From Adineta vaga (taxonomy: Eukaryota; Animalia; Rotifera), in contig CP075492.1 of NCBI GenBank assembly GCA_021613535.1, positions 9,300,001-9,364,000 of the forward strand: a DNA stretch of 64,000 nt, written 5' to 3'. The notes under the pieces were generated by a model. The model worked only from the letters and a program-made list of their open reading frames with translations. It made no database searches and had not been told where the DNA came from. Positions 54,350-64,000 of the stretch are shown piece by piece (position 1 is the first letter of the stretch; every line of letters begins with the position of its first letter). The translations under genes and the position numbers were made by a program.

Positions 54350-55029
54350 TTATGAATGCAAATAATCATAAAGATCAGGCCATCGTATTTCTCGATATTT
54401 TGATAGAAATGTTACAACATAAGAAACTTTTGCAATCAGAAGTATAATCAGAATAATTAATGTAAAGAATCCAAATAGAATTATATATCGATTAAACCTT
54501 GTTGCAATTATTATACACGTTAAGATTATACAACTAGTGAACGTTAATAGAATAATGAATAGATCATCTGTAAACGATAATTGACGTCGCTTGGCTGTTA
54601 ATGGATAATCCAATGTTTTCAAGAGATGATGTTGATGATTAAATTGAATGTATTCATAAACAAAAAGACCAATAATAAATAAAAGACAAACAATAAGAAA
54701 TCCTATATTAAAAATCAATGGTAGTAATGTCTTTTTCTTTCCAATATGTTCGTTTATTGAAGAAGATTGTCGATATTGATGAATAAATTGTTTAATAAAA
54801 TTCAATTGTTTGACATTTTTTCTTCGATGATTATGACGATGAGTAAGTTCATTCTTAGCATCTTTATTCCAGCTTGAATGAGAAGAGTTAATGCTTCTGT
54901 ATCATAAGACTTCCAATGAATATTATGAAGAAGATTAGCTTTTTGCAATTGTTTAAGTATTTCAATTTCTAGTGACAATCGTTCATAAGATACTTCACCT
55001 GATTCAAAATAATGATATGTATTTGGCAT
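54350..55029 (-). CDS. Small multi-pass (about 3 TM) membrane protein, unknown function
   Basis: Two ORFs joinable by one added base near 54870 (..QAWNKDAKNEL..); three long hydrophobic stretches. Confidence 0.55.
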
Positions 55030-55170
55030 TAAATACGCGCGTTTATTCTCCTATTTACATCACTACTGAATATCAGTTATCGAAGAGTTAGTTCCTTTGA
55101 AATCTCCTCTGGATTTTATTTCTTGTTTCTTTGAACTAAAACCATAACAATAAAACTTTCTCTATTTTCC

Positions 55171-57771
55171 TCAAATAAATGGCTCAAGATTTATCTCCAC
55201 TACGGAACATGGTACTTTCAATCCAAATTGTTCAATAACATTTGGATGAAGAACACCAATAATACCAATATTTTTACCATTGGCTATTACTTGAGCATGA
55301 CGACCGGGAAAGAATGCTGAATCTAAACGATCATCAATATTTATTGTATCAAAATCGAGTTCTTAGATAGATGTTGTTACCTTCACATTGATTATTTAAA
55401 TAATAACCTTGATTACCAGATTTATTTTCATTGTATGAAACTTTTAATAAAGTCATAATTCGATCAAGTAAACCATGAATTGTTTCAAAACCGGGTGTTT
55501 TATTATAGAAAATTGCACATAAACGTCGTTCATTACGACTACCCGTTTCTAAATTAAACAAAATTCTTAATTTTATTTCTCAGAAACAAAAACGTTACAT
55601 ACCTCGTGATGAATCTTTGAGAATTACATCCGATACTTCGAAAAGTTGAATTGGTAAAGCAGAACCTTGATTATTGGCAATAGTTTTCAATAAACCTGGT
55701 AAAAGTGTCGTTCGTCCAATCTAAATTAATACTCTCTTTCCTTCCTCCCTTCCTTTTTCATTTTTATTCTCTATATCATACTTGAAATTCTTGTGTTTTC
55801 GGATTAGCAATATGAACTGCAGGAATACTTTCAATAGTCTTTCCAAATTTATCTGCTACATCTGCAATTGCACATAGTGTAAATGTCAATGCTTCGGTAA
55901 AACCTGCTTCAGCTATTGAATGTCGAACGAGATCGGAAACACGATTTAATTCAAACTAAAGACAAGAAGAATCGTTTGACATAAGAACAAATGATTCTTC
56001 TCTTACTTGATTTCCGATACAACTTGTTTTTGGTATTGTTTTAAGGATATTATTGAAACCATAAGCAACAGCACAATCTTCAGCTATATCGCAGAAATGA
56101 AGAATATCTGCGCGTGTCACAGGAATTTCTACACGAAGTGTATCAGCATCAATGACTGTTGCTCGAACGCTCATTCGGTTTAAAAGTGTCGCTGCTGTTT
56201 GAGCATCAACACTGAAAAACAAAAAATAAAAACTTTCTTTACAAACAAAAGATCTATTCATACTTTATGCCAATACGTTGATTGATCTTTTTTACTGATA
56301 CAGCTTCAGCTCGATCAGCTAAATTCTATAATTCATTTAAGATCGGTCGATTTCGATAATAGACAAAATCAATCAACCTACTGGATAGACAATGACTTTA
56401 CCATCGACTTGTTCAACTTCTACCGGTTCAATTCTAAGAAATAAATCTATTAAAATTCAGATTGATTAAAAACAATTCTACATACTCAAAAGGTTTGCTA
56501 CAATATTGGGCAAACATTGTTAACATAATATTTAATACCATATTTGCCTTATGAATATCCACTGCCGTACATTCAATGAAAACGTTTTTAGTTTTCACAC
56601 TCATTTTACTATGATCACCTGAATGCAGATAATCGATACAACGAAAACATTCTTTAGATATTCTTTACCATTGATGATTGGTGGAAGTGATAATACCACA
56701 TTATTTGAATCATAGATAACCGGATAAACATCAGAATCTTGAATGATCGATACATAACGTTTGAGATGTGTATCTTTCTACAATCAGAGATAAACTTAGC
56801 AAGGATGATTTTTGTTCAAGTGAGAAAAATTTTACTAAATAAAATTCCATCATTTCATCAGCTTGCATTTCATTTTGTTGATTTAATGAACGAAATTTAA
56901 TTTGTTTAGGTTCTCGAGCATCATAGATAAATGGTGGTTGAATTGTATCTAGATCATGTGTACCAATAGCTACTAATGTTCGATTTCGACACAAATTTTG
57001 ATGAAGTTTATCTTGAAGTTTGATAAAACTATTGTAACTGTCAGGATTAAATGTTACATTACGAAGAACTGCACCAACAACAAATGGTCGAATACGTTGA
57101 GTCTATAATACAGATTGAATAGAGAGTCGATTTTTGTAAAAAATAGACATACATTTGGTAAGATTTTCATACGAATTGGTTTTTGATTTGATAAAGTAAA
57201 TTTTGGAAGTTCACTTCTGAAAGAAATCAAAGAAGAAAAGTTTTATCGGATACTGAATTTCAACGAAATTACTTTTGTAAGAAGATTTTTAATGCACGAC
57301 TTAAACCTTCCACACAGAGAATATCATAACTAAAATTGAGAAAGTAAATTTTATTTTCCAAGAAATGCAATTTGAAGGAAACAAACCGATTGGCTGGAAT
57401 TTCAACTTTGTATTCAACATCTTTACCATTTGATTCCGGTATAGGTTCCTGAAATGATAACGAAAGCACTTAATAATCTGAATTTTCGGCATTTTAAAGT
57501 GTATAATTGATTCTTCCTATCAAAGTACTTTAATTTCATTAAATATGTATGGTATACTCCTTAGAGAGAAAGACTCTTATCTATCACCCACGTCACTTAC
57601 AATTTCATCCAATTCCAAACCATAATCAAAACATAATTGATCGAATTCTTTATCAGCTAAAATGAAGAGAATCTATCTAAATCTATTATTCATTTCATCA
57701 ATCATTTACTTACTATACTCTCGACCAAGTTCTTGGAAAAGTAAACTTCGTTTCACACCGATAGTAGGCAT
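55171..57771 (-). CDS. FARSB: Phenylalanine--tRNA ligase beta subunit
   Basis: MPTIGVKR..., [18 protein letters not shown]|[57 protein letters not shown]; more than 10 short introns. Confidence 0.95.
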
Positions 57772-58032
57772 CTGAAATTTCAGCCAAAAATACATAAAAA
57801 CAAATGTTATATATATGAATTCAGAATTATAAAAGAGAATAAGCAGCACCAGTCAAATGCAAAGATATATATATATATAAATACATATAGAAAACGAACG
57901 ACATTAGAAATCATTGCACAAGTAAAAACACTGTTGAATCCACAGGCATGAACATTACTGTACAATTTTTCAAATTGCCTATGAAAGAAGAAAGAAATCT
58001 GACTACAATGGCCTGTTAGAAAATTGACATGT

Positions 58033-60129
58033 TCATCTCATGTTGATATAATCAGATGGAGACGAAGATTCGTTCGTATGTTGTTCAATAAAATATTCAA
58101 TGACACGATAAATAAATTCATATTGTCGTTCAGTTTGAACAAGACCTGATAATTAAATAGAAACCTTATCAAATATATTCATTAGAATGGAATTCTTACC
58201 TGATCGTTGTGAACGTATATGTGTAATAAGACCAGGTATTTCAATTTCTGTGTCAAAACCTTCTGCACGAATTCGATTAAGTACTATATCAATAGCAATT
58301 GTTGCACCTGATCGTCCAATACCAGCACTACAATGAACGATCATTGGTGATGTACATGGTTCAGCTCCTGCTGAATTTGAACGACCAATTTTTTCAAAGA
58401 ATTCAAGAAGAACACCAAGTTGAACATTATCTCGTTGATTTGATACTAATGGTGAACCTGTTAGAGAACGAGAAAACAAAAAAAAGTGTTTTTCGATCTT
58501 TTATCCATGAAGATTTAATATTTTACCGTGATCTCCCCAAGCTAAATATTGCCAATGAAGTATTTCCCAACTTCGACCATCTTCTGTCATAATTTTCAAT
58601 GTACGTAAACGATAATAACAATCATCATCATTGGTTGTTTGCTGAGGTAATTGATGACCAGCAGATGGTAATGATCGAAGAGCACGTGATGTACTGCTAG
58701 GTGTTTGAGCTGGACCAAAATTGGTTTCATTTAAATTTTCAACTGTTATTGAACCATACGTTTTTATTGTATGTATTTCAGGCCAATATCGTGCACATTT
58801 ATTCTAGGAAAGACAACAAAGATACTTTTTTTTCATTGAATTATTCACTGATATGAACATACCTTCATGCCTTCAGTTTCTCTAGTTATCATTACAATAC
58901 ATTTGACCGTTTCCTGTTGAACCATATGCCAAAAATCATTAAGTGTAGCTGGTAAAGGTCCTTGTGTTGCAATATATTCTCGGCCAATACTTTCAATTGG
59001 TGGACGAATATGATTCGCATTGATATAATCAGTACTAGGATAATTTTTCAAGATAACACGTGTTTCATCATATGGTAGAATATTTTTAAATCGATTTCTC
59101 GGTCGATTATCTGCTTTTTCTCCATGCCGTTTATGATACATTAATGATTTATATTCCGATTGTTGATTTAATAATTCAAATTCAAGACTAAAACCAGTTC
59201 GGTGTCCATGTTGAGTTGCTACTAATTTTGATAAATGCTCACAACGTTGATGAATATCACGTGCATGAAACCAATTAGCTGTACATGGTTGTACTAAACG
59301 AAATGCTGAACCATTTGTTGCAACAAGTATATTATGTTTTAAATAGAAATGTATTAAATCATCTAATGATTTAAAACGATCTATTTGTTCACGTTGACCT
59401 TTCCCATCAAGAAACCATTCACCGTTAAAACATTTAATTTTGATATTTGAAATACCATGTTGTGTTTTAACACAAATAACATAATCGCCTGGAATGGTTT
59501 CAGAATCTCGAACAAGAAAAAGTCCAATTTGATCACATGCATTTAAGATTGATTCTGTTTGTGAATGAGATATCGGACCATGATAATATCTAAAACAATT
59601 TCCAATAAGATTTCTGAGAAGAAGAGAGATTATCATTGAATGCATTTACTTTTCAAGTGTAGGCATTTGAGCAAGAATTGGTACTGTTAATTCAATGACT
59701 TCGTTATTTTTCTCTCGAAGTTCACTAATATTATGTCGATAATGTTCAATCATATCATATAATGTTGAAAAACATTCTTGTCGTTCGCCCAAATCAAATC
59801 CATCATTTGTTCGTTGAATACGTATATGAGTAATTGTATCATTAGCTCGTCTATTTTCAATCCAATGAAAAGATAATCATTCAATAGCTTTCTATTTCTA
59901 TCTTACCGAACTGAAAGAACATATGCATCGGATTTTGTTGTCGATGGTCGTACCAGAAAACTGCCGGGAATACCTTTTTCTAAAAGAAGTTTTTCTGCTT
60001 CTATACCAGATAAATCACGATGAAAAAAACTAAAGAATAAAAGAAGATGATGAAATTGAATGATGAAAGAATTCGTTAGATAATTTGTTTTTTTTTCTTC
60101 GTTTACCCTCGAGTTAATCGACCAGTCAT
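58033..60129 (-). CDS. PTPN11: SH2-SH2-PTP tyrosine phosphatase (SHP2/corkscrew-like)
   Basis: Two SH2 domains (GSFLVRPS, GLFLVRDSE), NRFKNILPYDETRV, DYINAN, YIATQGP, VHCSAGIGRSG, QRSG|LVQTERQY; orthology versus paralogy not established. Confidence 0.85.
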
Positions 60130-60502
60130 GATTTACTGTAGAAATTGTATTCGAATAATCAAAACATAAAGTTTTTATTTTTAGACAAGAAGAAATATGT
60201 CGCAAGTTTCGATATCTAAAAATACATCGATAATAGTGACAAATGTGAGGAAGAAGGATTTAGGATTTCATCAAACACGTCCAATAAGAAAGTTTGTTTG
60301 ATTAATTAAAAACAAGCGAATTTTAGTTGAAATAGAATTCACATATAGAAATAGAAAAATCAATATGACCTTCATTTTAAATGAATCGGTTCATTGATTT
60401 CAAACAATTTTCGTTTGTATAACGGCGCCATCTATTGAAAATATCTTTATTTTATCTGATATACAAATTAATAAATACAAGAAAAATGAAAATCATGTTT
60501 TT

Positions 60503-62478
60503 TTAAGGTGCTGAAGACATCATATTGTTATGACCCATATTTTTATTGCTAAACATCGATGCTTTTCCTGTTTGTCCAAGTAATTTTAAATTTTGTCCAT
60601 TATCCATTGTTGTAATCGGTGTTCGTTTAGTTACAACAGGTTCCGTCGGTCCAATCTTTCGACGAGTTTTCGGTAGTTTAGAACGTGCACGTAAATGTGT
60701 ATAGAAATTAGCAAATGATTCAACAATAATTGGCATTGGCAAATCAATAATCAATACACCTGCCACTGTAAAAAGAAAAAGAAAAGGAAGAACATTCAAA
60801 TCGATTAATGCCATTGTTTAGATCAATTTATTTTACCTGTAGAAACAGCTCCAATTAACATTCCTAACATCGTTTTTGGATATAAATCTCCATAACCAAT
60901 AGTTGACATCGTGATAATATTAAACCATAAAGCATCAGGAATTGACCCGAACATATTGTCATCAGGATGTCGTGATGTCATTCGTTCGGCATAATAAATT
61001 AATGATGCAAATATAGCTACAGCAATAAGAATAAAAAATATGAGTAACCAAAGAACAGATGAAGAATATTTCATTGAGGTAATAATGACTTTTAAACCAG
61101 GGTGATGGTTAAAAAGTTTAAATAGACGCATGATACGTATGGTAGACAAAAGATCAAGGGCTTCATTATCATTAACATGCAATTTTGTTAACGCCCATGT
61201 AAAATAAAACCATGATGTCGCTAAAATAGACGTACAAGAGATTACCTTTCTTTAGATATTGAACAAATTTAAAATAATCGAAAGAAATGTTCTTATATTT
61301 TTTTTTCGAACTAAAAAGTATCAAAATGTAATTATTTTTTTTGTTAAAAAAGAAAAGATTCTGCTACATATGCATCATCAATTATAGATGATATCTCATG
61401 CATGATGTGAAAGATCGATGTGTTTCTTTTAATATATCCGTCATAATTGCAAATAAGTTATTCTATTCCCAGAAGATCACATGAAAATCATTTTGTTTAA
61501 GGAAATATTATAATCGAAAAGAAAATATTGTCTCATAAAATCAAACGGTAATGAAATGAAATGAAATGGAAAAAAAGGACGTACCAAGAAAATCGATTAT
61601 ATTTAAAGTAGATTGACAGAATTCTTTTTTATTTGGACTAACAATAAATCGTGTCATGATTTCAAATATAAACCATGTATTACCTAAAAGACATTGTAGA
61701 GAAATTAAACGAGAAGTTTTCTTTTTTTGTTTTCAATTTCAATAAACTTACATATCCATTCTACAACATCAAATGATGGATGAACATGTTGTCGATTTAA
61801 TGTTGGTGTTCGATCTGTACTTGTTTTATTAATATAAACAGTCACAAAATCAATGTCACTTATACGAAACATGGATAATGTTTGAAGAACAAACGAAAGA
61901 ATTGAAACAAGAATAAAAAATATTGAAATCACAGTAATAACTTTTGCAATTGTTGATGATCGTGGTTCTTCAAAAATTTGCCATACAATCATCATTAATC
62001 TTTTATAACGTGGTAAATGTCCTTGAACATAATCAAAATTATCATCCCAACCGAATTTTTTCATAACTTCCTGTTGAGACGAACGTACTGTATCTAATTC
62101 TAGACTATCAAGAATTGAGAGAGTTTCAGCTGTTGATCGATGTTTCGTATAAGTCATCCAACAACATGGTTCAACATCTTCTCGTTGTAAACCCCAATAG
62201 GATAATTCATCTTCAAATAAAGGTCCACATACATTTAATGGATAATGTAATGTACCTGTGCGATAGTAATTTAATACTTGAGAAAACACACCTGGATGAC
62301 GATCGAAAAAATATTCGTTCAATATCGGATCATAATATGACAATTGTTCAGTTAATTTTGATAAACGTGTTGCTGGAAGTTTTTTTAATGTTGATTTTAA
62401 TGTTTCGAAGCGTGTTCCACCAACATTGAGAATAATGCGTGCATCAACATCAGAATTCCCAAGTAGATTTACAGCCAT
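60503..62478 (-). CDS. Shaw/Kv3-family voltage-gated K+ channel subunit
   Basis: T1 domain ([46 protein letters not shown]), S4 IRIMRLFKL, pore MSTIGYGD. Confidence 0.9.
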
Positions 62479-62976
62479 AATTTGATCGAAATATTTTGTC
62501 AAAGTTTATATTTATTTATTTATTTAACAAATGAACATCTTGTATATCTTTATTAATTCTTATGAAATGAATAGAAACATACGATGTTAGTGATGATTAG
62601 AGGAATCGAGAAGAGAAAGAAAAAACGAGAATTTTGGCCTATTGATCATGAGACGCATGCGTAAGAACGGCAAGCATTCGTCGAGATGAAGGAAAAACAA
62701 AATTAGGTTCTAGTTCCATTCGCTCATATGCCTTTTTTGCTAAAAAAAAGAAATGCAAGTAAACGACATCGAATGAGAAATAGAAATTCCTTTTTTTTCT
62801 CCTCTCGGCAAAAAAAAGGCAAGGGATATATATATTTCTGTAAAAGAACACACACATACACACACTTCCCTATCCTCTGCAAACATCGATAAAAAAAATG
62901 AGAAATAAGCGCAGTTATATAGTGTTTTCTTCTCTTCTCTTCGCCTTCTCCGAGAAATACTATAGAATCATTTTTT

Positions 62977-64000
62977 TTAAATCAATATTGGATCGTCATT
63001 CGATGCCACTGTCATCTCATTATTGAGCGATTTTCGACTTGATTTACGATGAAAACGAGAATCGGGTGTTGATGCTGCTGATTTACTATCTTTTCCATCT
63101 TTATTTCGTGTAAATGGAACTTTTAAACGTGATAATAGTTTCTTTTTCTCGACTTGATCATCAGGTTTCTGATCAGCAGCACGATCATAGATTGGTTTAC
63201 GTTTCGATAATGTCACTTTTCCATCAGCATCAGATTCGTGTACACCATAAACTGTTTTTCCATCGTGAAGAACGAGAAATTCCGGATTAACTTCACGATC
63301 TTGATCTTCTAATTCACGTAATTTTTGAGCATAACGATGTAAATCATCCGTATCAACATCATTAGGATCATCATATTCTTCATTTAGTTCATGAGTTGCT
63401 TGTTCACCGAAAAGTAAATTATTTGGATCACGTACAAGAGTGCTAACACTAGTACGAAAACGGGTGAATAATTTTGGTTTTGGACCGTTTGATTTTGCTC
63501 CGGGTTTATTATCATCTTTCGAAGCACCGGGTATCATTTTTCTTATACGAGATTTATGTTCATTTCGAGCTCCTTTTGGTAAATGAACAACACACCAATT
63601 ATCATCACCAACATAATCAGAAAACTTCATTTTTGATGCTAAATTACTGTATATATCAATAATTGATTGTTGGTATTCACCTATATCATTGCCAGCTATC
63701 GGTATATCATTGGGGTACATATCAGGATCAGGATCAGGAATCATTTCACCCATTTCTAGAATAAGATATAATTGATTAAGACGATAGTATATAAGAAATA
63801 TTGCATACCTGGAATGACATCATCAAGATTAGTAACTTGTACATCTTCAAATGAATCGGATCGTGGTTTTGACGGCGTTTTAGATTTCTTCGATTTTTTT
63901 ACTTTTGGTTTTGTTTCAACATAGGGTTCAATTTCATCTACCGCTGTTGCTTCGATCATATGAAATTCATCATCAATCGGAGCAACTTTTGGTGCTTTCG
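62977..64000 (-). CDS. 3' exons of an unknown charged, low-complexity protein (start outside window)
   Basis: 258-aa ORF joined by a short GT-AG intron (~63757-63808) to an upstream open frame running off the window. Confidence 0.6.

Noticed and set aside
1408-63662. Many 60-120 aa ORFs overlapping long genes on the opposite strand or in other frames
   Set aside because: Shadow ORFs without motifs, explained by the codon bias of the real genes.

Overview
AT-rich eukaryotic DNA with short (~50-70 bp) GT-AG introns. The gene-family style (F-box/LRR gene, 7TM fragment, NR1-type receptor) suggests a bdelloid rotifer; this is inference. The right third (46.8-64 kb) holds intron-rich, minus-strand genes: a PCGF-type RING gene, a nuclear receptor, RBM45, a small membrane protein, FARSB, an SHP2-like phosphatase, a Shaw/Kv3 channel and an unknown gene. 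The left 46 kb is an intron-poor cluster of four unusual genes in two head-to-head pairs. (1) A giant (>8,000 aa, running off the window) six-module midasin/MoxR-like AAA+ protein with acidic (N/D)PF repeats and a tandem ASH/Ig-like array. (2) An NSF/Cdc48-like AAA protein lacking Walker A, with a CHORD-like Zn motif. (3) A 988-aa coiled coil with one hydrophobic hairpin at its midpoint. (4) A very large inducible GTPase (VLIG/GVIN1-URGCP family) fused to a MIDAS-containing VWA domain. Both divergent intergenic regions carry the same ~370-bp element with a TATTC-N4-GAATA palindrome. The second pair is split by a 7-kb insert of unrelated genes, bracketed by GGGTGT-rich 50-bp repeats and a ~1.18-kb direct duplication. 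The cluster is the best candidate here for an undescribed, co-regulated, possibly cell-autonomous immune or membrane-remodelling system; function is inferred, not shown. Seven frameshifts, each repaired by adding one base, are most likely assembly errors. All domain calls are by eye, without database searches.
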